A DNA stretch of 16,445 bases from Sulfurihydrogenibium sp. (GCA_037442825.1 JBBIPN010000025.1:1-16445), one strand, 5' to 3'. Positions 1 to 8,071 are shown, numbered from the stretch's first letter. The notes: generated by a model from the letters alone, not told the origin. Made by a program: numbers and translations.

Positions 1-378
1 CAAAGATTGATAAGAAAAGTTTGCCATGGGTGTAAACAAAAAGTAGAAGTAGATATAAATTATCTTGCTAATATACTAAATATAGAGATAGATACAATAA
101 AGAAATATGTAAACAGTGATAAAGTAGAAATAATAAAAAGCACAGAAAGTACAGGATGTAATAGTTGCAATGGTACAGGCTACTTAGGAAGATCTGTTAT
201 TGCAGAAATTTTTATTATAGATGAAGAAATAGCAGAAGCTATAAGTGAAAATAAAGGATTAACAACTATTAAAAGTTTAGCAAAAGAAAAAGGTATGAAA
301 ACAATAAAAGAGATAGGATTATTAAAAGTATTAAAACATGAAACAACGCCTGAAGAAATATATAGAGTTTTAGGATAA
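1..378 (+). CDS. GspE/PilB-family secretion/pilus assembly ATPase, C-terminal part (5' end lies outside the window)
   Basis: The frame is open from base 1 (CAA AGA TTG = QRL), giving the QRLIRKVC motif. It has the tetra-Cys Zn site CHGC...CNSC, the GTGYLGRSVIAE motif and a C-terminal 'A.EKGMKT...GL.KV...TTPEEIYRV'. The TTG at 7 is internal, not a start. Confidence 0.92.
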   Translation, partial: QRLIRKVCHGCKQKVEVDINYLANILNIEIDTIKKYVNSDKVEIIKSTESTGCNSCNGTGYLGRSVIAEIFIIDEEIAEAISENKGLTTIKSLAKEKGMKTIKEIGLLKVLKHETTPEEIYRVLG

Positions 379-1595
379 TGGCTACTTATATAATAGAAGC
401 TTTAAAACCAGATGGAACAGTTGTAAAAAAAATTATTGAATTAGAAAATGAAAATGAAATTTCAAATTTACTAACATCAGAAGGTCTTATTCTTTTAAAT
501 TACAAAAAAACATCGTCTATATTAAATGTTTTTAAATCGTTTAGAAAGAAAAAGGTAAAGCCTGTTTATACTATAGAATTTTTAGAAAACTTTCATTTGG
601 TAATAAAATCAGGTGTACCTTTAAGTACAGGAATAAGAGACTTAGCAGAAGATGTAGAGAATAAAACACTTAAACAGATTTTAACAGATATATACAATCG
701 TATAAACACAGGTGAAAGTTTATATAAAGCATTTTCTAATTATAAAAGCATTTTTTCAGATGTTATATTAACTTTAATCAAAATCGGAGAAGAAACAGGT
801 AACTTAGAAAAAGTATTAAAAGATGCTGCAAACTATTTAAAAAGAATAGAAGATTTAAAAGCAAAAACGAAACAAGCTCTGATCTACCCAGCATTTACAT
901 TTTTTGCTGTTTTTGGAGCTATGACTTTTTGGATGGTATATGTTTTACCAAAGATGATAGAGGCATTTCAAAACTTTAATATAGAATTACCAATAACAAC
1001 CAAAATTTTAATAGCAATGTCAAACTTTACAAAAAGTTATATACTTCATATAGTCTTTTTATTAATATCAGCATTTATAATTTTGAAAATACTAAGAAAA
1101 ACCAACAAAAAAGTTAAATTTTATACAGATAAAATTATATTGAGATTACCTATTTTAGGTTTGGTCATAACTTATTTTAACTATGCTTTCATCTCTGAGT
1201 ACCTTAGACTTATGATAAGCTCAGGAGTTAGTATATCTAGAGCTTTAGAAATATTAGGAGAATCTTTAGGTAATGAAGTTTTTAAAAATGCAGCAATAAA
1301 ATCAAGAGAAAACTTAATATCTGGTGAAGGAATATCTGAATCTTTTAAGAAACAAGGACTATTTTCATCGATGATAATTAGAATGCTAAATATTGGGGAA
1401 AACACTGGTAGACTTGAAGAGCAGCTTGAATATATATCAAACTTTTACTATGATAAAGTCGATTATATATCACAAAATATAGCAAAAATGATAGAACCTT
1501 TACTAATATCAATTTTAGGAATATTTATGCTAATTATTATTTTAGGATTAATAGGTCCTATATACGATTTAATATCTACTGTGAATAAAACTTAA
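378..1595 (+). CDS. GspF/PilC-family inner-membrane platform protein
   Basis: 405 aa with two T2SSF repeats (SGVPL...GEETGNLE; SSGVSI...GENTGRLE) and typical TM segments (ALIYP..., MIEP...LIGPIY). TAATG overlap with the ATPase stop. Confidence 0.93.
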   Translation: MATYIIEALKPDGTVVKKIIELENENEISNLLTSEGLILLNYKKTSSILNVFKSFRKKKVKPVYTIEFLENFHLVIKSGVPLSTGIRDLAEDVENKTLKQILTDIYNRINTGESLYKAFSNYKSIFSDVILTLIKIGEETGNLEKVLKDAANYLKRIEDLKAKTKQALIYPAFTFFAVFGAMTFWMVYVLPKMIEAFQNFNIELPITTKILIAMSNFTKSYILHIVFLLISAFIILKILRKTNKKVKFYTDKIILRLPILGLVITYFNYAFISEYLRLMISSGVSISRALEILGESLGNEVFKNAAIKSRENLISGEGISESFKKQGLFSSMIIRMLNIGENTGRLEEQLEYISNFYYDKVDYISQNIAKMIEPLLISILGIFMLIIILGLIGPIYDLISTVNKT

Positions 1596-1598
1596 ATA

Positions 1599-1626
1599 TT
1601 GATTTTTAAAATTTTTATAATAAAAT
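1599..1626 (+). promoter_or_regulatory. Possible sigma70 promoter for the pilin-like gene
   Basis: TTGATT (1599-1604), a 16-bp spacer and TAAAAT (1621-1626); TATAAT is also present at 1616-1621. The very AT-rich context makes chance matches likely. Confidence 0.3.
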
Positions 1627-1665
1627 TATTTTTATAAGTTAAAAAACCACTTTAAGGTGATAGCC

Positions 1666-3333
1666 ATGAAACATAAAAATGGGTTTTCTTTACTTGAAGT
1701 TGCAATTATACTTATTATAATAGGTGTTCTTTTAGCTGGAGGATTAACTCTTTTTAATATTCTTATAAAGAAGCAGCAACACCAAAAACTTGAAGAAAAG
1801 GTTAATGCTGTATATGAAGCTATTATTGGGTATGTTGCAGCTTATAAGAGATTCCCAGCATTATCTGACCTTGGTATAGATACTAAAGACTATGGTAGCA
1901 TAGATCTAGTATATAAATCTGCTACAACTACAAATATATGTAAAGATCCAGTAAGTGGTTTATTAACCATAACAGATAATAGAAACGCTACCAGTAGTAA
2001 TAGGGTAGCATTCATTGTATTTTCAAGGGGAGACAATAGATGTAATCAAACTGGTGATCCAAGTGGTACAAGTTTTACAATTGAAAATCCACAAAACAAT
2101 GTAGTATGTTTAGATAATACCCCAGGCAGTTCTTTACCCTATGAAGATATTGTTAAATACATAACAATAGATGATTTAAGAAATGCGGTATGTGGTAGTT
2201 TTAGTATTACAACCAATTCATTACCTGAAGGAGTAATGTATCAAAATTACAGTGCTACTATAGAAGTAACATATGGTATCATGCCTATAACATTTTCTAT
2301 AGAGTCTGGTAGTTTACCTTCAGGATTATCAATGAATTCTTCTGGTAATATTTCAGGAATACCAATACAAAGTGGCACCTTCAACTTTACTGTAAGGGCA
2401 ATAGATAGTATAAATAATGTAACTACAAAAACATTATCACTCACAATCCAACCAAACAAACCAAAGATAACTACTGAATACTTACCTTATGGACAGGTAA
2501 ACCAACCTTACTGTGCAGCTATTACCGTTAGTGGTGGAAAACCACCATATAGTTATACATCTTCATCCTTACCATCTGGATTAAGCTTTCAAACTAACTG
2601 TTCAGGTAGTTGTAATCCTGGTGGTCCTTGTATATATGGGACACCAACTGTAAGTGGTGGATTCCCAGTAACTATAACCGTTACAGATAACAATACAACT
2701 TATCCACAAAGTGACTCTAAAACATTAACATTAACAATAAATCCAGAAATTTCTGGTGGTGGCAGTGGTGGAGGGGGAGGAGGTGGTGGAGGAAGTGGTG
2801 GTGGTGGTAGTACACCAGCAACATGTACTCTAAGAGTTACAAACAATCCGATGCCGAATAATACAAGACCAAATTTAGAAATAACTATTTCAAATGGTCC
2901 TACTAACGTTTCATTTAGCCCTTCTACAGGTACTTGTGGTCCAATAACAAATGCAAATGGAATACTTTCCTGCCAACCTGACCCTATCACAAGAAATAAT
3001 ACGTATACAGCAAATTTAAGTAGTGGTAATAACTGCTCAGCGAAAGCATGTGTTATAAGGTATAGGGGATATAGAGTTTACAACGGAACAGGTTCTAGGA
3101 GAGATTTTAGAAGGCCGAATGGTGCATGTGTACGTATCAATAATGGCAGTGAGATTACCACAAGTACTATTCGATTAACTGTATCAAGTGGCCCAGTTAT
3201 TATGTACGATTCAAATAATAGATCATGTACAGGAGAGTTGGGAAGAGTAGACTTTTCATGGGCAGTATGTACTGATGATGATGCAGATAGTACTATAAAA
3301 TTCAATGCAGATGGAACTACTTCAGATAGATAA
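1666..3333 (+). CDS. Large prepilin-type N-methylation protein with two putative Ig (He_PIG-like) repeats, a Gly linker and a Cys-rich C-terminal domain
   Basis: Class III signal MKHKNG|FSLLE followed by a hydrophobic helix. AAGGTG RBS favours ATG 1666 over GTG 1657. Two repeats of the form 'ITT..LP.G...Q.Y.A.I.V..G..P.....SLPSGLS...I.G.P..SG.F..T....D......KTL.LTI'. Confidence 0.88.
   Translation: MKHKNGFSLLEVAIILIIIGVLLAGGLTLFNILIKKQQHQKLEEKVNAVYEAIIGYVAAYKRFPALSDLGIDTKDYGSIDLVYKSATTTNICKDPVSGLLTITDNRNATSSNRVAFIVFSRGDNRCNQTGDPSGTSFTIENPQNNVVCLDNTPGSSLPYEDIVKYITIDDLRNAVCGSFSITTNSLPEGVMYQNYSATIEVTYGIMPITFSIESGSLPSGLSMNSSGNISGIPIQSGTFNFTVRAIDSINNVTTKTLSLTIQPNKPKITTEYLPYGQVNQPYCAAITVSGGKPPYSYTSSSLPSGLSFQTNCSGSCNPGGPCIYGTPTVSGGFPVTITVTDNNTTYPQSDSKTLTLTINPEISGGGSGGGGGGGGGSGGGGSTPATCTLRVTNNPMPNNTRPNLEITISNGPTNVSFSPSTGTCGPITNANGILSCQPDPITRNNTYTANLSSGNNCSAKACVIRYRGYRVYNGTGSRRDFRRPNGACVRINNGSEITTSTIRLTVSSGPVIMYDSNNRSCTGELGRVDFSWAVCTDDDADSTIKFNADGTTSDR
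2755..2811 (+). repeat. Low-complexity (GGN)n run encoding the linker GGGSGGGGGGGGGSGGGGS
   Basis: Directly visible as ggtggtggcagtggtggagggggaggaggtggtggaggaagtggtggtggtggtagt, in frame with the pilin-like gene. Confidence 0.9.
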
Positions 3334-3336
3334 ATA

Positions 3337-3875
3337 TCAATTCCTATACTTTTCTTTTTCTATGGGGAGACTTTCGTCGTTTCCCCATTTATACCAGCTT
3401 CTTGTATAAATTTTTAAATTTCTTGCAAATAATATAGAGATATAAAGACAAAAGAAGATCTATTTCCTATAGTGCAATAAAGAATTATCTTTTTATTTAG
3501 ATCTATGTTAAGTTTTTTCATATCTTCTGATAGTTTTTCATAAGGTTTATATATAGATTCTTTACCTTTAAACAATCTCAAATATACAAATATAACTTTA
3601 TTATGGTTTTCTACATGTTTTAAAACTTCTTCTTTTGTTGCTATTATGTTATATCGTGTAAGGTAAAAACCACATATAACTTACTTTATTTGGAAGGTTG
3701 CCATTATAGTAAATGATTGTCCTACCATTGTTTGATATACCTTTCTCTGAAAAAAGTTTTTCAGCAGTTTTTGGACAAAGAGGTAGATAATTACATTTTA
3801 CTTTTCATTATTCTTTATAGCTATATCTTGAACAGTTAAAACATCTATCATCAAAAACAATAGAATGTATACCAT
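3337..3875 (-). pseudogene. Degraded tandem-domain rhodanese / thiosulfate-mercaptopyruvate sulfurtransferase (SseA/RhdA family)
   Basis: Manual minus-strand translation gives successive frameshifted pieces. About 3798-3649: KCNYLPLCPKTAEKLFSEKGISNNGRTIIYYNGNLPNKVSYMWF (N-domain). About 3660-3414: RYNIIATKEEVLKHVENHNKVIFVYLR...YKPYEKLSEDMKKLNIDLNKKIILYCTIGNRSSFVFISLYYL (catalytic Cys codon at 3474-3476). About 3426-3337: ARNLKIYTRSWYKWGNDESLPIEKEKYRN*, matching the YDGSWxEW...LP signature. The 5' boundary is uncertain. Confidence 0.8.
3362..3392 (+). terminator. Possible intrinsic terminator for the pilin-like gene
   Basis: 10-bp stem ATGGGGAGAC / GTTTCCCCAT (one G-U pair) with a 7-nt loop, about 30 nt after the stop at 3333. 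The U-tract is weak (TTAT). Confidence 0.4.
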
Positions 3876-4016
3876 TTTTCACTACAAAATAATCTTTTTT
3901 AATAAAAATTAAATATTAAAATTAACCATTTAAATGATTTGAATCAGATTTAAAAGTTTTGAAATAAAAGAGTAATAAGATTAAAATTATTAGCTAAAAA
4001 ATAAGGAGTTTGATTT

Positions 4017-5123
4017 TTGAAAATGGAAAATTTTGAACATTATATGAAAATAGCTTTAAATCTTGCAAAAGAAAGGAAAGGATTTACACATCCTAATCCT
4101 ACAGTAGGAGCTGTTATTGTTAAAGATAACCAGATTATAGGAAAAGGTTATCATTATAAAGCTGGTTATCTACATGCAGAAAGGGAAGCTATAAAAGATG
4201 CTAAAGAAAAGGGTTATGATTTAAAAGATTCTACAATATTTGTAACATTAGAACCATGTTGTCATTATGGAAAAACTCCACCATGTACTAATGCAATTAT
4301 AGAAGAAGGTATCTCAAAAGTAGTCATTGGCTGTTTAGATGAAAACCCATTAGTAAGAGGTAAAGGAGTAGAGATATTAAAATCACATGGTATAGAAGTT
4401 ATAACCGGTGTTTTAGAGAAAGAATGTAAAAAGATTAATGAAGACTTTTTTATATATATTTCAAAAAAAAGACCTTTTATTCATATAAAAGTAGCACAAA
4501 CGTTAGACGGAAAAATAGCTACAAAAATAGGAGATTCTAAATGGATAACAAATGAAAAATCACGACAGTTTGCTCATATATTAAGAAATGAAGCTACAGC
4601 AATATTAGTTGGTACAAATACAGTTTTAAAAGATAATCCGGTTCTAACAGTAAGAAATATTTCTACAGAAAAACAACCTACAAGAGTAGTTATAGACAGA
4701 GATTTAAAAATACCTATAAACTATAACGTTTTTAACTCTGATGCAAAAACGATAGTAATAACGTCTGAAAATGTCGGCCAACAAAGATTAAATATATTTG
4801 AAGAAAAAGAAAATATAGAGATAGTAAAACTTTCAACAGTTAAAAATAGATTTAAAGTTGAAGATATTTTAAAAGTTTTATATGAAAAAAATATTGTTCA
4901 TTTACTTGTAGAAGGAGGAAAAGATACTATCTCTGAATTTTTAAAAATGAAGATTGTAGATAAAATATCATTATTTATAGCTCCAAAAATTATTGGTGAA
5001 GACGGTCTATCTTCAATAGGTAGTTTAGACATAGAAAATGTAAAAGATAGTTTAAAACTAAAGATAGAAGACTTTAAGATTTTTGATGGCGATTTTTATT
5101 TTGAGTGTTACTTGCAAGAATAA
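4017..5123 (+). CDS. ribD: Bifunctional diaminohydroxyphosphoribosylaminopyrimidine deaminase / 5-amino-6-(5-phosphoribosylamino)uracil reductase
   Basis: [13 protein letters not shown] and [14 protein letters not shown]n motifs; reductase motifs 'TLDGKIAT...SKWIT', '[11 protein letters not shown]' and 'LLVEGG'. AAGGAG lies 8 nt before TTG 4017 (ATG 4023 is the alternative start). Confidence 0.97.
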   Translation: MKMENFEHYMKIALNLAKERKGFTHPNPTVGAVIVKDNQIIGKGYHYKAGYLHAEREAIKDAKEKGYDLKDSTIFVTLEPCCHYGKTPPCTNAIIEEGISKVVIGCLDENPLVRGKGVEILKSHGIEVITGVLEKECKKINEDFFIYISKKRPFIHIKVAQTLDGKIATKIGDSKWITNEKSRQFAHILRNEATAILVGTNTVLKDNPVLTVRNISTEKQPTRVVIDRDLKIPINYNVFNSDAKTIVITSENVGQQRLNIFEEKENIEIVKLSTVKNRFKVEDILKVLYEKNIVHLLVEGGKDTISEFLKMKIVDKISLFIAPKIIGEDGLSSIGSLDIENVKDSLKLKIEDFKIFDGDFYFECYLQE

Positions 5124-6066
5124 TTGAAAGTTTTATAGCTTCTATAAGTGAGGAAGGGTCAGCAATATTTTTACCTGCTATATCATAAGCTGTCCCATGG
5201 TCTGGTGAAGTTCTTATAAATGGTAGTCCTAATGTTATATTTATAGCTTTTCTAAAACATAGCATCTTTAACGGTATTAACCCTTGATCATGATACATTG
5301 CAATATATACATCATAATTTTTATAGTTGTTGAAAGCTGTATCTGGTGATAAAGGTCCTATTACGTTTATACCTTCTTCTTTTAGTTTGTTTAAAGCTGG
5401 TTTTATTATTTTCTCTTCTTCATTTCCTATATTTCCATTGTCAGAAGCATGAGGATTTAATCCTAATACAGCTATTTTTGGATTTGAAATACTAAATTTT
5501 TCTCCCAACTCTTTAACTAAAAGTTTTATTTTTTTTAATATCTTTTCTTGGGTAATACTTTTTGGTACATTTTTTATTGGTATATGTGTTGTTATTAATG
5601 CGACTTTCATTTTTTTACACATTAAGACCATTACATAATCTTTTGTATTTGATATATCTGCTAAATAATCTGTATGTCCTGCATAGGGAAAACCACTTTC
5701 CATAATCCACTGTTTTGAAATGGGAAGTGTAACTAAAGCATCTAATTTTTTATCTATTATGTCTTTTACTGCATTTTCTAAAAAAATGATAGATGCTTTT
5801 CCACTTTCTACTGATGGTTTACCAAACTTAAAATCTTTATTAGATAAATTTATAAAATAGATACCTGCCCTTTTTGCATCTTCAACGTTATAAATTTTTC
5901 TATATTCTATATCTATACTTGTTAAATCTTTTGAATTATTTAATGTTTTCTCACAACCGTATATAATGTAAGAAACATTTTTTTTAGGAATTTTTTTTAA
6001 TGCTTTTATAAGTATCTCACCATTGATACCTGTAGGGTCTCCTAAGGATATACCTACCTTTACCAA
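5074..6066 (-). CDS. pdxA: 4-hydroxythreonine-4-phosphate dehydrogenase
   Basis: Motifs [35 protein letters not shown] and [24 protein letters not shown]. The TTG start overlaps the dsrH stop. Confidence 0.96.
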   Translation of the reverse strand: MVKVGISLGDPTGINGEILIKALKKIPKKNVSYIIYGCEKTLNNSKDLTSIDIEYRKIYNVEDAKRAGIYFINLSNKDFKFGKPSVESGKASIIFLENAVKDIIDKKLDALVTLPISKQWIMESGFPYAGHTDYLADISNTKDYVMVLMCKKMKVALITTHIPIKNVPKSITQEKILKKIKLLVKELGEKFSISNPKIAVLGLNPHASDNGNIGNEEEKIIKPALNKLKEEGINVIGPLSPDTAFNNYKNYDVYIAMYHDQGLIPLKMLCFRKAINITLGLPFIRTSPDHGTAYDIAGKNIADPSSLIEAIKLSIILASNTQNKNRHQKS

Positions 6067-6302
6067 ACAACCACCTTATTTGCTTTTTCTATAATATTTA
6101 AAATATCTTCATAATCCAAAAGTTTATTTTCTTTAATTTTAATATTCCTTGCAACTACATCTTCTTTACAAGCATACCAGTTTGATGTTGAAGGTTGTCT
6201 AATTACACCATCTTGTATAAGTATAAGAATATCATTTTCTTCTATCAGGTCAAGAATTGGAAAATCTGCAGGTTTTTTTATTAGAAATACAGTATTTACC
6301 AT
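6060..6302 (-). CDS. dsrH: DsrH/TusB-like sulfur relay subunit
   Basis: 'D.LILIQDGV', 'EDVVARN' and 'LDYE....I.....VVVW' are typical of TusB/DsrH. It follows the DsrE- and DsrF-like genes. Confidence 0.8.
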   Translation of the reverse strand: MVNTVFLIKKPADFPILDLIEENDILILIQDGVIRQPSTSNWYACKEDVVARNIKIKENKLLDYEDILNIIEKANKVVVW

Positions 6303-6646
6303 GTTATAACAACCTCAGCAGATTTTATAATATCACAAACTTCATCTTTTGTTTTAATATGTATATCAACAGGTAATTCTTTTAACTTGTTTATTCCTCT
6401 CTCACTTAATGATTCTTTCTCTACAATTATTTTAGCGTTTAACATTCCCAAAGCTTCTAAAGATTTGTCTGATGATGGTACCCCTATCATTTGAGGTTTC
6501 CAATCTGTAAGGGTAAATACTCCATCCTTTACAAAAATAACATTTACGTTATGATCCATAGCCATTCCAACAGCTTGTCTTAAAGCTTCAAATGTTTTCC
6601 ATCCAAATGGATTTGATTTTATTAAAGTAACTACATTTTTTTTCAC
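6296..6646 (-). CDS. dsrF: DsrF/TusC-like sulfur relay subunit
   Basis: 'SNPFG...FEALR', 'VIFVKDGVFTL', 'ESLSERGI' and C-terminal 'VVITW'. GTG start with AGGTG RBS. Confidence 0.78.
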   Translation of the reverse strand: MKKNVVTLIKSNPFGWKTFEALRQAVGMAMDHNVNVIFVKDGVFTLTDWKPQMIGVPSSDKSLEALGMLNAKIIVEKESLSERGINKLKELPVDIHIKTKDEVCDIIKSAEVVITW

Positions 6647-6658
6647 TTTATCACCTAT

Positions 6659-6961
6659 CTAAGATAGATTTATTACTTTATCACTTTCTGAAATCAATTT
6701 AGACAATCCATACATACTACTACTTTCTGCAAATGTTATATTTTCTATTTTTCTTTGGTTTGCATTGTGGGCACAGTAATGGATTTTAACACCTTCTTCT
6801 GATAACTTTTTTACTTCATCGTGCAAAAGACAGTAAACACCGTTTGCCATAAAAAATACAGAGACTTTATCATTTCTTTTTATACCAGCTCTTGCAAACT
6901 TTAGCATTGTATTAAAATCAAAAGAGTATGGATTACTTGCCATTATAATAAGTAGTTTCAT
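6659..6961 (-). CDS. dsrE: DsrE/TusD-like sulfurtransferase subunit (short, 100 aa)
   Basis: 'IIMASNPYS', 'VSVFFMANGVY', active-site-like 'YCAHNANQR' and 'LSKLISESDKVI'. The likely start is ATG 6961, which forms an ATGA overlap with the tusA stop, rather than 6988. Confidence 0.8.
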   Translation of the reverse strand: MKLLIIMASNPYSFDFNTMLKFARAGIKRNDKVSVFFMANGVYCLLHDEVKKLSEEGVKIHYCAHNANQRKIENITFAESSSMYGLSKLISESDKVINLS

Positions 6962-7191
6962 CTTACTTTCCTTACTATTACTTCCCAAAGATTATCACCT
7001 ATTTGGTTTACAGATATAACCTCTTGCCCTTCCATCTGCATACTTTTTGGAACATTCTCTACAGAAGGTTTATAATCTATTATCACTTTTAAAACTTCTC
7101 CTTTTTCCATCTGCTCAATTATAAGCTTACTTTTTACAAATGTAAATGGGCAAACTTCTCCTCTTAAATCAAGCTCTCTGTTTATCTCCAT
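6958..7191 (-). CDS. tusA: TusA/SirA-family sulfur carrier protein
   Basis: 77 aa with LDLRGEVCPF (a CPxP variant), 'GEVLKVIID..PS.ENVP' and a terminal 'VIVRK'. Confidence 0.9.
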   Translation of the reverse strand: MEINRELDLRGEVCPFTFVKSKLIIEQMEKGEVLKVIIDYKPSVENVPKSMQMEGQEVISVNQIGDNLWEVIVRKVR

Positions 7192-7200
7192 TTTTTTACC

Positions 7201-8019
7201 TCAAAAATGTATTTCACAAGCTTGGTCATACTCTATAAGATCTTTAATGGTTGGGTTTTCACCACAAAGATTACATTTTTTATCTTTTCTCAATTTAACA
7301 GTTCTAAACTCTGTTTTTAAAGCATCAAATACTAAAAGCTTACCAATAAGAGGTTCACCTATTTCAAGTATAAGTTTTAACGCCTCATTTGCTTGTAAGG
7401 TACCCATAATACCACCTACTACACCAAGTAAACCAGCTTCTTGACAACTTGGTACAAGTCCTGGAGGTGGTGGTTCTGGAAATAGACATCTATAACATGG
7501 AGATATTTCTTTATTTTTATAATCAAAGGTTGTAAGTTGTCCTTCAAATCTTAATATTGCTGCAGATACTAAAGGTTTCCCAAGCATATAACATGCATCG
7601 TTAACTAAAAATCTTGTAGGAAAGTTATCTGAGCCATCTAAAACAATATCAAAATCTTTTATTATATCTAAAACATTTGATTTATCTATCTTTTGATTAT
7701 ATGTAATAACATTTACATCTGGATTCAAAGATTCAACGGTCATTTTAGCAGATTCAACTTTTGGTATTCCTACCCTTGAAGTATTATGTAAAATCTGTCT
7801 CTGTAAGTTTGAAAAGTCAACTACGTCAAAATCTACAATTCCAATGGTACCTACACCAGCAGCAGCTAAGTAGTAAATTGAAGGAGAACCAAGACCACCA
7901 GCACCTATAACCAATACTTTTGATTCGAGAAGTTTTTTCTGTCCTATTCCACCAACTTCAGGTAAAATTATATGCCTACTGTATCTTTTAATCTGCTCTT
8001 CTGTAAATTGAAAACTCAT
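7201..8019 (-). CDS. moeB: MoeB/ThiF-family E1-like adenylyltransferase (no C-terminal rhodanese domain)
   Basis: RYSRHIIL, GAGGLG, SNLQRQ, DGSDNFPTR, CYRC and CNLC Zn motifs, and VPSCQEAG. GAGGTG RBS favours ATG 8019 over GTG 8028. Confidence 0.92.
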   Translation of the reverse strand: MSFQFTEEQIKRYSRHIILPEVGGIGQKKLLESKVLVIGAGGLGSPSIYYLAAAGVGTIGIVDFDVVDFSNLQRQILHNTSRVGIPKVESAKMTVESLNPDVNVITYNQKIDKSNVLDIIKDFDIVLDGSDNFPTRFLVNDACYMLGKPLVSAAILRFEGQLTTFDYKNKEISPCYRCLFPEPPPPGLVPSCQEAGLLGVVGGIMGTLQANEALKLILEIGEPLIGKLLVFDALKTEFRTVKLRKDKKCNLCGENPTIKDLIEYDQACEIHF

Positions 8020-8048
8020 ATACTTCACCTCGTTTAAATTATATAAAA

Positions 8049-8071
8049 TATGCTAAAATAATTTTAGCATA
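8049..8071. promoter_or_regulatory. Perfect palindrome in the divergent moeB / DUF4388 intergenic region, candidate operator
   Basis: TATGCTAAAAT-A-ATTTTAGCATA: 11-bp arms with a 1-nt spacer, between two divergently oriented start codons. Confidence 0.55.

Noticed and set aside
1181..3305. Minus-strand ORFs 1181-1405, 2247-2459, 2700-2990 (poly-Pro) and 3078-3305
   Set aside because: They are antisense shadows of well-supported genes. The poly-Pro is simply the reverse complement of the poly-Gly codons.
3337..3875. Programmed frameshifting or selenocysteine read-through rescuing the rhodanese
   Set aside because: There are several independent frame breaks plus missing internal segments, the fragment-ending stops are TAA, and the catalytic codon is a normal TGC.
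6962..6988. N-terminal extension MGSNSKESK on DsrE; likewise the extensions at 1657, 8028 and 13312
   Set aside because: Downstream ATGs fit RBS spacing or stop/start overlaps better and match the family N-termini.
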